64,000 nucleotides of DNA from Bacteroidota bacterium (GCA_004292605.1 RDXK01000097.1:40863-104862), one strand, 5' to 3'; positions 30,116-39,665 are shown, counted from the stretch's first letter. The notes: generated by a model from the sequence alone, not told the origin. Numbers and translations are program-made.

Positions 30116-31459
30116 ATGATTTGGATACAATTTATACTACTGCTAGCCATGATATTTATTGGCTCGCAGTTAAAAGGTATAGGCCTTGGTGTAATGGGCA
30201 TGATAGGCATGCTAATATTTGTATTGGTTTTTCATATGAAACCTACCGATCCGCCGCTAGATGTAATGCTGATTATTCTTTCCATAGTTACCACAGCAGC
30301 TAGCTTGCAAGCCGCCGGTGGGTTAGATTATTTAGTAAGCGTGGCAGAAAAAGTAATACGTAGCAAACCCAGTCAAATTACTTTTATAGCACCATTTACC
30401 GTATATTTTTTGTGCTTGTTTGCAGGTACGGCTCACATTGTATATTCCTTACTGCCTATCATCGCGGAGGTATCGGCTAAAAAACGTATTCGCCCAGAAA
30501 GGCCTTTAAGTATTTCAGTAATTGCCTCTCACTTAGCCCTTACAGGTAGCCCTATGAGTGCCGCTACAGCTGCGTTAGTTGCCATACTTGCCACTAGTGG
30601 CATTCAAGTTACGGATGTTTTGATGATAGGGATACCTGCAGGTATTATTGGTACGGGCTTAGGTGCCTTAAGCGTTTGGAAAATGGGTAAGGAACTGAAT
30701 GACGACCCCATTTTTCAGGAAAAAATGAAAGATCCTGCGTTTGCCAAAACCATCGATGGCAGCGACAACGAAACAACCAAAACCATTGCCCCCGGCGCCA
30801 AAACAGCGGTAGGCATTTTTGGTGTAGCTATTTTATTAATTGTACTTTTTGGAGCCTTTCCACAGTGGGTACCTAATGTAGGTGCTGGCGATGCTAATTT
30901 TAGTGTAAATGCCGATGGCTCCTTAAAAATGGGCACATTGATAGAAATAATTACCCTTTCCGCCGCGGCAGCTATTTTACTTATTACCAAAACACCAGCT
31001 ACTGATGTGGCTAAAGCAAGTTTATTTACCTCTATGGCTACGGCTGTAGTAAGTGTTTTTGGTGTGGTGTGGATGAGTGCTACGTTTATGGCACATAACC
31101 AAATAAGCATTACCGAACTATTGGGCGATATTTCCAAAGCGTATCCGTGGACGTTTACCTTTGCCATATTCATCATGGGTGTGTTAATGTTTAGTCAGGC
31201 AGCCACTACCAAAACTATGATGCCGCTGGGTTTAACCTTAGGTATTACTGCACCCAATTTAATAGCCATGTTTCCGGCGGTAAATAGCGATTTTGTATTG
31301 CCCGGCTACCCTACCTTATTAGCTGCTATTAATTTTGACCGAACAGGAAGTACCAAAATAGGAAAGTACATTATTGACCATAGTTTTTTACGCCCCGGTT
31401 TGGTAGCATTGGGCACCGCCATAATAGTAGGTTTTATTCTCACAAAATTTTTACTGTAA
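30116..31459 (+). CDS. dcuA: Anaerobic C4-dicarboxylate transporter, DcuA/DcuB family
   Basis: 447-aa polytopic protein. The MIWIQFILLLAMIFIGSQLKGIGLGVMG start is typical of Dcu carriers. Sits in an aspA/ansB context. Confidence 0.8.
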   Translation: MIWIQFILLLAMIFIGSQLKGIGLGVMGMIGMLIFVLVFHMKPTDPPLDVMLIILSIVTTAASLQAAGGLDYLVSVAEKVIRSKPSQITFIAPFTVYFLCLFAGTAHIVYSLLPIIAEVSAKKRIRPERPLSISVIASHLALTGSPMSAATAALVAILATSGIQVTDVLMIGIPAGIIGTGLGALSVWKMGKELNDDPIFQEKMKDPAFAKTIDGSDNETTKTIAPGAKTAVGIFGVAILLIVLFGAFPQWVPNVGAGDANFSVNADGSLKMGTLIEIITLSAAAAILLITKTPATDVAKASLFTSMATAVVSVFGVVWMSATFMAHNQISITELLGDISKAYPWTFTFAIFIMGVLMFSQAATTKTMMPLGLTLGITAPNLIAMFPAVNSDFVLPGYPTLLAAINFDRTGSTKIGKYIIDHSFLRPGLVALGTAIIVGFILTKFLL

Positions 31460-32640
31460 TGAAACTAAAAATACTAGCTCTGGGTGTATTTACCAGTGCG
31501 TTAGGTTGCCTGCCCGCTGCCGCCCAAATGAGCAAGCAAACCAGCCGGAACGATACCAGCTATCAGCCAATAATACCAGTAAGAAAAGCCCAACTTCTAA
31601 GAGATATAGATGTAATTGCAAATATGCAATACGCCCTGAACAACGATTTTTCCAATGGTAAACACCAAGCGAGTGCTTTTGCTAACAATCAGTTTAGACT
31701 GGAAATAAAGGGCAAAGTGCATGAAAAAGTGAGCTTTAGATTTAGAGATAGGTATACCCGAGCAGCCAACCCAGCATCGCTAGATAACCTTAGTCGCAGT
31801 ACCGATTTAGCTTTTATTACCGTGGAAGCGAGCTCCCGCTGGAACTTGAGTTTTGGTAAAATGTGTGCCGATTGGGGCGGATACGAGTTTGATGATAACC
31901 CTATAGATATTTTTAGATTTAATGATATAGTAGAAAATGCTGATAATTTTTTAACGGGAGCACAAGCATCGTTCAAGGCCAATAAAAACCATCAATTCAC
32001 TTTTCAAGTGCTCAATTCCAGAACACAGTTTTTTAACGAATTGTATGGCAATGTGCCCAATGTGGTGCCAGCAGCTTTTCCGGCGGCATGGGTAATAAAT
32101 TGGCGAGGAAAATCGAACAACCAAAAATGGGAAACCCTTTGGAGCTACAGCATTTTTACCGAGGCAAAAAATACCCAAATGCATTACTTAGCCTTGGGTA
32201 CCAAATTTAACCCTAATAAAAAATGGCAGCTACGGTACGATTTTAAGTTGAGCGATGAAGATTTAGATCGTAAAGCCATTATTCAAAGTATTAACCCAAG
32301 TTTGCAGTATGCAGCTTTTGGTGCTAGGTACAGAGAACATTGGTTAGATGTAGACTACTATATTACCCCTCAATGGACGATAAGCTGTATAGGTATGACG
32401 AATGCTACGTTTTGGAACAAAAACCCAGACCCAAACAGGAATAATTTATTGCGAAACACCTACACTTTTGTACCGAGTATTGAATATTATCCGTATAAAA
32501 ATTTAAACCTTCGCTTTTTTGCGGCGGGTATTTTCCGGTCGGAAGTATATACCCAGTACGCCAAAACCACTATGGGTGCAGTAAACACTTCTAGCAGCCG
32601 TATTAGCCTTGGTTTTATTACCCCACTTTTAATTTTATAG
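31459..32640 (+). CDS. Outer-membrane porin (phosphate-selective porin O/P-like)
   Basis: Signal peptide, amphipathic beta-strand pattern, and a C-terminal aromatic or hydrophobic end. Its start overlaps the dcuA stop (TAATG). Confidence 0.55.
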   Translation: MKLKILALGVFTSALGCLPAAAQMSKQTSRNDTSYQPIIPVRKAQLLRDIDVIANMQYALNNDFSNGKHQASAFANNQFRLEIKGKVHEKVSFRFRDRYTRAANPASLDNLSRSTDLAFITVEASSRWNLSFGKMCADWGGYEFDDNPIDIFRFNDIVENADNFLTGAQASFKANKNHQFTFQVLNSRTQFFNELYGNVPNVVPAAFPAAWVINWRGKSNNQKWETLWSYSIFTEAKNTQMHYLALGTKFNPNKKWQLRYDFKLSDEDLDRKAIIQSINPSLQYAAFGARYREHWLDVDYYITPQWTISCIGMTNATFWNKNPDPNRNNLLRNTYTFVPSIEYYPYKNLNLRFFAAGIFRSEVYTQYAKTTMGAVNTSSSRISLGFITPLLIL

Positions 32641-32641
32641 G

Positions 32642-33421
32642 GTGAACATACAATTGTTTTTTACAAGTGTTCTTTGCCTTGGTTTTACGTATACAAGCCG
32701 GGGGCAAACGGCGGCTACAAAACAGGTGAACCACCAATTTCAAAGTTGGTTTAGTATCAACACTACTGCACAAGTAACCAACAAATGGGGCTTTATAGCC
32801 GATGCTCATATACGCCGAAACAATGGCATTAAGGATGGTAGTTTCTACTTTTTGCGGGGCGGTTTGGCATATTGGTTAAACCCACAATTAACCGCCGTGG
32901 TAGGTTATGGCCATATGTGGGTAACGCCCTCCACACCCGGCTGGCGGTACCATGCACAAGAAAACCGATTGTACCAGCAAATACAATACAGCCAAACATT
33001 AGGTAAACTAAAATTATTACAGCGATTAAGGAATGAACAACGCTGGCAACAAATCGTAAATAATGATGCCCCCACAGGTGCTAACCGCTTTACTAACCGC
33101 ATTCGATATTTACTAAGCGGCACCCTTACCATTCATAGCAATAAGCGGGTACCGCAATTGGTGGTAGCTAATGAAATTTGTTTGCACATGGGTAAGGATG
33201 TGGTGTACAATACTTTTGAGCAAAATAGAATATTCATTGGTATACGGCACACGGTTTCGCCCACAGTAAGTTTTGATGCTGGGTATATGTATTTGTATCA
33301 GCAAAAACTCAATGGCTTTCAGTACGATGCTAACCATACCCTACGTTGGTTTTTTTATTACACACCCAAATTTAAAGGCAGAACCAGCCCTAGTACAGAA
33401 ACTATTGCCGGCGAAGAGTAA
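32642..33421 (+). CDS. DUF2490-like outer-membrane protein
   Basis: GTG start 1 nt after the porin stop, with a signal peptide. The block QFQSWFSINTTAQVTNKWGFIADAHIRRNN resembles DUF2490. Confidence 0.55.
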   Translation: MNIQLFFTSVLCLGFTYTSRGQTAATKQVNHQFQSWFSINTTAQVTNKWGFIADAHIRRNNGIKDGSFYFLRGGLAYWLNPQLTAVVGYGHMWVTPSTPGWRYHAQENRLYQQIQYSQTLGKLKLLQRLRNEQRWQQIVNNDAPTGANRFTNRIRYLLSGTLTIHSNKRVPQLVVANEICLHMGKDVVYNTFEQNRIFIGIRHTVSPTVSFDAGYMYLYQQKLNGFQYDANHTLRWFFYYTPKFKGRTSPSTETIAGEE

Positions 33422-33460
33422 GCAGCTGGTAAACGAGTAACACCAGCATTTAGGTGCAAT

Positions 33461-33494
33461 AAAAAAGGCTGTAACTATCTGTTACAACCTTTCT
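33461..33494. terminator. Bidirectional terminator hairpin between convergent genes
   Basis: AAAAAAGGCTGTAAC-TATC-TGTTACAACCTTT (9-bp stem with one G-U). Confidence 0.5.
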
Positions 33495-33522
33495 CATCCC
33501 AGTTTACTTTGATAGCTGGTTT

Positions 33523-34572
33523 TTATTTTTTGAAATACGGCATATGTGTATCTATAAACGATTTTTCAGTTGCGTTCCAAGCGTCTACTACACCAGCTCT
33601 TGCACTGTTTAGCACGCCGGTAGTTTGATTAAATGCGTTTACAGCGGCATTTATTTCTTTCACACCTTTGTTGAAGGCATCAATATCTTGATTGGTTCTA
33701 TCGCTTTCCGATTTTGCTTCAAACGCCTTTTTCATTTTTTCAAAATTTTCTTCTTTCAAATAAAAATCAGTCAACTTCAATACATCGTTTTCGGCGGTTT
33801 TTTTGTAAAACAATAAAGCCTGTTTGCAAGCCCCAATAAGCGATGCATCGCCGTCAAATGGTTTAATAGCCGCCAATGCAGCAATACCCTCATTGGCATA
33901 TTGTGCCAAAGCATTTCGCCGTTGCTCTATTTCGGTTACCTTTTTGTTGCTTATGGCCTCTACTAGTTTAGCATCCTGCCAGTTGCATTTAAAAAATAAT
34001 AAATATATCTTGTCGTGGTATTGGTTCAGTGCACCCACCTTTTCCATTTTTTCGGATAGTTCTGATTTGCTTTCAATTATCTGTACGTTGTTTTTTTTGG
34101 CAAAGGCATTGTAAGCTGCTTCATACGCATTGTTGGCTTCCTTTAATTTTTCCTTTGTTTTTTCTTTCAGCAGCAAATAAGCTTGCATTTCATCAAAACT
34201 TTGTTCCGCTATTTCCTCCATATTTACAATATTGGCATAGTCGTCGTTAAAAATTTTGTAGCAAAATTTTATATGCTTTATTGCGGATTGTTTAAGCGAT
34301 TGATCGCCGTTAAAGGCAGGTAACTCTAATACTTTGCTTTCGCTTTGGTTAATACTTTCCAAAGCTTGCTGACGCAGTTTCTCTACTTTTTTCAAACGCT
34401 TACCGTGTGCCGATGCACTTAAATAAGCCATGTACTTTTTATTCATGTCCTCTTGTGCCGACGTAATGGCGGCCATATACGGAACTGGACCATCAAAATT
34501 TTGAGCCTTCACGGTAAAGGCAAGCAAAATAAAACTAGCAACTAAAGAAATTTTCAAACGGTGTGGCAACAT
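33523..34572 (-). CDS. Secreted alpha-helical protein with internal duplication (hypothetical)
   Basis: Signal peptide MLPHRLKISLVASFILLAFTVKAQ, Lys/Glu/Ala-rich. The two halves share P(A/F)(F/D)(N)GD.SL....A......(F)YK. Confidence 0.45.
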   Translation of the reverse strand: MLPHRLKISLVASFILLAFTVKAQNFDGPVPYMAAITSAQEDMNKKYMAYLSASAHGKRLKKVEKLRQQALESINQSESKVLELPAFNGDQSLKQSAIKHIKFCYKIFNDDYANIVNMEEIAEQSFDEMQAYLLLKEKTKEKLKEANNAYEAAYNAFAKKNNVQIIESKSELSEKMEKVGALNQYHDKIYLLFFKCNWQDAKLVEAISNKKVTEIEQRRNALAQYANEGIAALAAIKPFDGDASLIGACKQALLFYKKTAENDVLKLTDFYLKEENFEKMKKAFEAKSESDRTNQDIDAFNKGVKEINAAVNAFNQTTGVLNSARAGVVDAWNATEKSFIDTHMPYFKK

Positions 34573-34633
34573 TGTAATTGGTTTTTTGGTAAATATTATA
34601 AAAAAAAATAAGAAGTTTTTGGCGATGGTTAAT

Positions 34634-36721
34634 TTATTTATTGCCCATTTCAGCTGCTATTAAAAATGCTGTTTTTATATATGGGTCTTTTGTTAAATAT
34701 TTCATCCATTGGGTGTTCATTTCATTGTTGGCCGTAGCCACGCCCAAACGTTTGTTTTCAAGCGTTGTATTGGCAATAGAAAACAAATCGGTGGCGGCAT
34801 TTTTTGCATCTTCAATATCGCTGTTATTTTCATCTAACTGATACTCGGCTAAAACATTGGAAAGCAATAGAGATGTGTTTTGGTAATTTGTTTTTTTAAC
34901 CCTATCCATTTTATTTTTAATGGCAGTAAACACTGGCCAATGGTTAACCGCCGAATCGGCTATCTTTTTTAAATTGTCGGTACGTATTGCCGACAGGGGT
35001 TTGTAATATTTGTTGGCTTCAATAGAAGGAATTTGTATGGCTAGTGGCTCGTTGGCTTCGTTTTTGGCCATGGCAGCAAGCATATCGGGCAAAAGCACAT
35101 CGGGCTGTACACCAGTTATTTGAGCAGTTTTTCCGGTAATACGGTATAGGGATGAAACGGAAATTTTTACATACCCGTCGGCTACTGCACTGGCATTGCT
35201 TTTACTTAACGAAACGGTGGTATCAAGTGGTAAAACCACTTGGGAAGTTGCTTTGCCAAATGTTGGCGAACCCACAATAACGGCTCGGTTATAATCTTGC
35301 AGCGTACCTGCCAGCATTTCGGCTGCTGATGCACTGTAGCCATTAACCATTATCACCAGCGGCCCGTCGTACAATGTGCCTCTATTAATATCTTTCAGGG
35401 TAAATGGTTTTTCGAGTTTTGCTTTTATTTGCCCCACTGGTCCGGCATCAATAAATATTCCTGCAAGCTCAATGGCTTCTTGCATAGACCCGCCACCATT
35501 GTATCGTACATCTATTATCAAGCCCTCAATGTTTTCCTTTTTTAGTTTCAATATTTCTTTGCCTACATCGTTAGCACAGCCATTAACATTGTTTTCCATA
35601 TTTTCCCAGTCTACATAAAATGCAGGCAACGAGATATAGCCAATAGCCTTTTTCCCTCTAAGCACAAAGCTTCTTACCTTGGCTTCATCTTCGCCATTGT
35701 CTATTTCATCTTTTTGTAATACCACTTGCTTGGTACTTCCATCGGCTTTTTTTACAGTAAGGGTAATCTTTAAATTATTGTTGCCCTCAAGTGCATTGCT
35801 TACAAAACTAGCTCCCTTATCGCCCACGGTTATGGCTTCTTTACCCTCCCATTGCAAAGCGGTAATTTTATCGCCAGCATTTAGCAAACCACTTTTATAG
35901 GCTGCACTTCCGGGTTTTAAAGTTTCTATTTCTACACTGCCATCTTCGTTCTCATCAAGCGAAAAACCAAAGCGTAAAGGCTTTTTTCCCAAAGCACTTT
36001 CAAAGGCTGCTTTTGATGTGGGTGAAAAATAGCTGCTGTGTGGGTCGTACGCTTTTGCTATACTATTGCAGTACGCATTTGCCACTTCATGGTCGGCTTC
36101 AAAAGGTTGTTGTAGCACGGTATTAAATGAACGGCGTATGCTGGTAATAATTTTTTTTCTGGCAATAGGTTCAATGCTATCGGTAAACTTTTTTTGTTGT
36201 GCTGGCGTAGCTGCTTCCGGCCAGTTAGCAGCTATATACCTCAAAACATTTAGCTTAATTATCTTATTTATTTTCTGCTGTTGCAACACGGTGTTTGCAG
36301 TAAAGCTGGTGTCTTCTTGTTTGGTAAAAAACTCAGTGCTGGAAAAAGTGATGGGCTTATTGGCAGCGTTGGAAATTAAGGAATCGGTAACCTTGAGTTG
36401 CTGTTTATAAAGCGTAGTAATACGTTGTAAAAAATCGGTATTTTTTTCGGCAATTGCTTGATGCAGTTGTAATACCAATGGTTGTAATTGTTGAATTGAC
36501 TGCTGGGTGAAAATTATTTTTTCATCGTCAAGTGTGTTTACAACACCTTTAAAAACATTTTGTCCAAAAGCCTGATTAAGCGGTGGGGGCTGCACGTGAA
36601 ATTTGGCGGCCATTTGGGTTACCAATAAAGCATGCTTTGCCGTTTTATTGTAATCAACTTGTGCGTTTGTGCGGACTGCAGTACTTACAATTGCACAAAA
36701 AATGATAGCTCTAACAATCAT
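34634..36721 (-). CDS. S41 family carboxy-terminal processing peptidase
   Basis: PDZ-like segment (GSAAYKSGLLNAGDKI) and S41 core (NGGGS...; VIMVNGYSASAAEMLAGTLQD). Has a signal peptide. Confidence 0.8.
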   Translation of the reverse strand: MIVRAIIFCAIVSTAVRTNAQVDYNKTAKHALLVTQMAAKFHVQPPPLNQAFGQNVFKGVVNTLDDEKIIFTQQSIQQLQPLVLQLHQAIAEKNTDFLQRITTLYKQQLKVTDSLISNAANKPITFSSTEFFTKQEDTSFTANTVLQQQKINKIIKLNVLRYIAANWPEAATPAQQKKFTDSIEPIARKKIITSIRRSFNTVLQQPFEADHEVANAYCNSIAKAYDPHSSYFSPTSKAAFESALGKKPLRFGFSLDENEDGSVEIETLKPGSAAYKSGLLNAGDKITALQWEGKEAITVGDKGASFVSNALEGNNNLKITLTVKKADGSTKQVVLQKDEIDNGEDEAKVRSFVLRGKKAIGYISLPAFYVDWENMENNVNGCANDVGKEILKLKKENIEGLIIDVRYNGGGSMQEAIELAGIFIDAGPVGQIKAKLEKPFTLKDINRGTLYDGPLVIMVNGYSASAAEMLAGTLQDYNRAVIVGSPTFGKATSQVVLPLDTTVSLSKSNASAVADGYVKISVSSLYRITGKTAQITGVQPDVLLPDMLAAMAKNEANEPLAIQIPSIEANKYYKPLSAIRTDNLKKIADSAVNHWPVFTAIKNKMDRVKKTNYQNTSLLLSNVLAEYQLDENNSDIEDAKNAATDLFSIANTTLENKRLGVATANNEMNTQWMKYLTKDPYIKTAFLIAAEMGNK

Positions 36722-36940
36722 GCAGGTTAGTTAAATGCGAACAATACCACAAAAGGTATTTTTGCTTCGTGAATAATACTTCTAAAAATAAACCATTGAG
36801 CTTTGCCGCAAAAAAAAAGTTCTAGCTAGTTGATGGTTAGGTAAAACTTGTTAAACAAAATAGATTTTCGTGAGCTGTAAAAATATTGGCTACCAAATAA
36901 CGCATGGCAATATCAGTTTCAGCAAACAATCATATTTCCT

Positions 36941-36980
36941 AAAAAAATAAAGCAGTTGAAAACATTTGTTCTCAACTGCT
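36941..36980 (-). terminator. Rho-independent terminator downstream of the tRNA
   Basis: On the minus strand: AGCAGTTGA-(12-nt loop)-TCAACTGCT followed by TTATTTTTTT. Confidence 0.6.
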
Positions 36981-36984
36981 TTTG

Positions 36985-37058
36985 TGGGCCCACCAGGGCA
37001 TGATCCTGGGACCCCCTGATTATGAGTCAGGTGCTCTAACCAACTGAGCTATAGGCCC
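36985..37058 (-). tRNA. tRNA with CAU anticodon (elongator Met, or Ile2 if lysidine-modified); no encoded CCA
   Basis: Minus strand reads GGGCCTATAGCTCAGTTGGTTAGAGCACCTGACTCATAATCAGGGGGTCCCAGGATCATGCCCTGGTGGGCCCA. It folds as a 7/4/5/5 cloverleaf with U8, A14, G18G19, U33 and anticodon CAT. Confidence 0.85.
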
Positions 37059-37115
37059 TAAAACGGAGTGCAAATATAATGGCAAATCTATAATTGCAAA
37101 ACCTGTTTTTAAATT

Positions 37116-39665
37116 TTATTGCAGCAGCATTATTTTTTGCTGGTAAACCTTACCATCGCTCAAAAACCGCAAGGTGTACAAGCCACTAGGCAAATTACCC
37201 ACGGCACTGCTTACCGTGCTTTGGTTGGCCGCTATAGGTATTTGTTTTGTTACGGTACCTACTGTATTTAATAACTGTAAGGTGCCTGCTTGTGTATTAC
37301 CCGCCAATTGAACCTGCAATGTACTACGTACTGGGTTGGGTAGAACTGTTATCTGTACGCTACCTTGTACGTGTATGGTAAATACTTCGCTGTACTTTAT
37401 ATCGCCATTTTTATCTACCATTTGTAAGCGGTAATACAAACGCCTATTGGTTAATTGGGTAATATCATCGTTAAAATTATAATTACTGGCTCCCTTTCCT
37501 TTTAGCAGGCCTATGCTTGTAAACTGTGTACCGTTTACGCTACGCTGAATCACGTATTTATCAAAGTTACTTTCTATCAAACTCTGCCATTGTAAAGAAA
37601 CTTGGTTGCCTTTTAGGTATCCTCTAAAAAAAGCTAAATCGGCCGGTAATACCAAACTACCTAGGCCAGCACAGGTATTGTTCCATACCTGACTTACAAA
37701 TTCTGGCCGGTCTACATAAGGGTTTCTATTTCCTTGAAAACTGAATCCGCCGTTGTTTCTAGTAATTTCTTTAGCACTTACGGGGTCTTGGTTATGCCAT
37801 TCTATCATTAAACGTAAATAGCTTGTTCGTACCGCTGGAAAAGTATTGTTAGCAAAGGCATTGGCTGCATTGGTGGTGCTGCTGCTCCACCCTGGTATAC
37901 TATTTTCATAGCGGGTAACAAAGTATAAAAATGCTCGGGCTACATCGCCTTTATATTCATCAATAGGTTCAAAAACAGTACCGCTGATACCAGCATCGGC
38001 ACTAGAACCTAACTTACTACCATTAAGCGATGTAGTGCTGGCGGTGGCTACATTACCAAAAACAAAACTGCTACGTATACCATTTACCTTACCATCTGTA
38101 GGGAAAATATGGTGATAATCGCTAACGGCAGGCGCTGCTTCATTAAACCAACTTTGCGGTACACTGTGTTCTCTATTAAAACAATCACCTTCTATGCTAT
38201 AATTGCCACAGCGGTTAGTAAAAGGGTCAAAATTATACGGGTCTACACCGGTGGGTCTATCGCTATAAATATCCCAAATTACATTGGCACCACCCGTACC
38301 CACTTCTCTTGGTTTGATATCGGTAATAGCGTATTGGTTGTATAAGCTTCCGTAGGTTTGTGCGTTATGTCCGTTGGTAATAATGGTACGTAGTGTACTT
38401 TTTAAGTCGGCACAATTTTTACCTGCAGTAGTGGCATAATAGCCAGCTGGTTCACCAGTATTATTACTACTATTGGTAGTGGTAGTGGTACCTGCTATGC
38501 TGGTAGCCAAATACAGTGGGCCGCCGGTACAGCTGGTACCATTAAAAGCAAATACGGTATAGGTGTAATCTGTGCCGGGCAATAAACCACCATTGCTAAA
38601 GGTAGTGCCTGCATTATTTTTAATTACTACCCCATTTCCTACCGTTTGCCCAAGTGTGTACGAGGTGCCATTTACAGGAGTAAAACCTGTTAATGTGCTA
38701 GAACTTTGTACTACCAAATACGCTTCTGCGGTGGCACTAGCGGTAAAATTGCCGTTTACAGATGTGTTAGTAGGGAATAAGTTTAATGCCGTGGCAGGTG
38801 CAGTAGGTGTGGCACAAACGGGTGGCTGTGTAGTGGTAGCATTGGCTGTAAGTGGACTGGTACTTAAATACAATGGCCCGCCAGCACAAGAACGATTGTA
38901 AGCAAATACATAGAAATAATAAGTAGTACCCGGTGCCAAACCAGCCTCCTGAAAACCAGTGGTGGTACCTGCTGAAACTACGGTAGCATTGCCAATAACA
39001 TCGTCAATAACATATGATGTACCGTTTACAGGTAGGGCCGACAAAGTATTGCTGGAAGAGTACAATACCAAGTAAGCATCCGGTGCTGTAGCAGGAGCGG
39101 TAAAACTTCCGTTGATGGCGGTATTAGTAACGGTAGAAAAAACTAAGTTAGTAGGCTGAGCCGTGGGGGTAACGCAGGGTGTGGTGTTATTACTAGTCCA
39201 TGAAATATCGTCGATGGCTACTCTAGCTTCCGTCGAATTCACTGCTTGTTCTATCTCTAAGGCACAGGTACCAGTGAAGTTTAGTCCGGATATAGTGATC
39301 GACTGATCGGATGTTGCTGTTGTAGGCACAACAATTGTGTTCCCAACTTGACTGCCATTTACACGCACAACAAGGTTGGCCGCAACCCCTGTAAATAAAT
39401 ATTTATAATTGAATGATATACTTGATATTCCGTTAGCGATTGTAGCACAGTTAATCTTCCCAATCCGGAGCCCGATACACCTTCCATTCATTGACAAATC
39501 GGTTCTAGCACCAGTACCGGTCCATGGTTGGTTATTATCTCCGGTCCACGCTCGGCTTAGAGACTGATTATTTGAAGGTGGGAGATTCGTAAAAGTTTCT
39601 GTGCCTTGTGTAAAGCCTCCAATGGCCAATAAAAGCATCCATACAGAAAATAAAATTCTTTGCAT
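37116..39665 (-). CDS. T9SS-secreted extracellular nuclease (endonuclease I family) with Fn3-like repeats
   Basis: Signal peptide, two tandem repeats of about 115 aa, then an endonuclease I-type core (FNREHSVPQSWF, YHHIFP, NRNPYVD). The C-terminal ~80 aa match a type A T9SS sorting domain (LPNPV...LYTLRF...). Confidence 0.7.
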   Translation of the reverse strand: MQRILFSVWMLLLAIGGFTQGTETFTNLPPSNNQSLSRAWTGDNNQPWTGTGARTDLSMNGRCIGLRIGKINCATIANGISSISFNYKYLFTGVAANLVVRVNGSQVGNTIVVPTTATSDQSITISGLNFTGTCALEIEQAVNSTEARVAIDDISWTSNNTTPCVTPTAQPTNLVFSTVTNTAINGSFTAPATAPDAYLVLYSSSNTLSALPVNGTSYVIDDVIGNATVVSAGTTTGFQEAGLAPGTTYYFYVFAYNRSCAGGPLYLSTSPLTANATTTQPPVCATPTAPATALNLFPTNTSVNGNFTASATAEAYLVVQSSSTLTGFTPVNGTSYTLGQTVGNGVVIKNNAGTTFSNGGLLPGTDYTYTVFAFNGTSCTGGPLYLATSIAGTTTTTNSSNNTGEPAGYYATTAGKNCADLKSTLRTIITNGHNAQTYGSLYNQYAITDIKPREVGTGGANVIWDIYSDRPTGVDPYNFDPFTNRCGNYSIEGDCFNREHSVPQSWFNEAAPAVSDYHHIFPTDGKVNGIRSSFVFGNVATASTTSLNGSKLGSSADAGISGTVFEPIDEYKGDVARAFLYFVTRYENSIPGWSSSTTNAANAFANNTFPAVRTSYLRLMIEWHNQDPVSAKEITRNNGGFSFQGNRNPYVDRPEFVSQVWNNTCAGLGSLVLPADLAFFRGYLKGNQVSLQWQSLIESNFDKYVIQRSVNGTQFTSIGLLKGKGASNYNFNDDITQLTNRRLYYRLQMVDKNGDIKYSEVFTIHVQGSVQITVLPNPVRSTLQVQLAGNTQAGTLQLLNTVGTVTKQIPIAANQSTVSSAVGNLPSGLYTLRFLSDGKVYQQKIMLLQ

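Noticed and set aside
39200-39665. An apparent shift in codon choice (more TCC, GGA and CGG) in the N-terminal domain of the nuclease gene, which could indicate a recombined module.
   Set aside because: This is an impression only. I cannot compute codon statistics here, and the segment is short. It needs a quantitative codon and GC3 scan.
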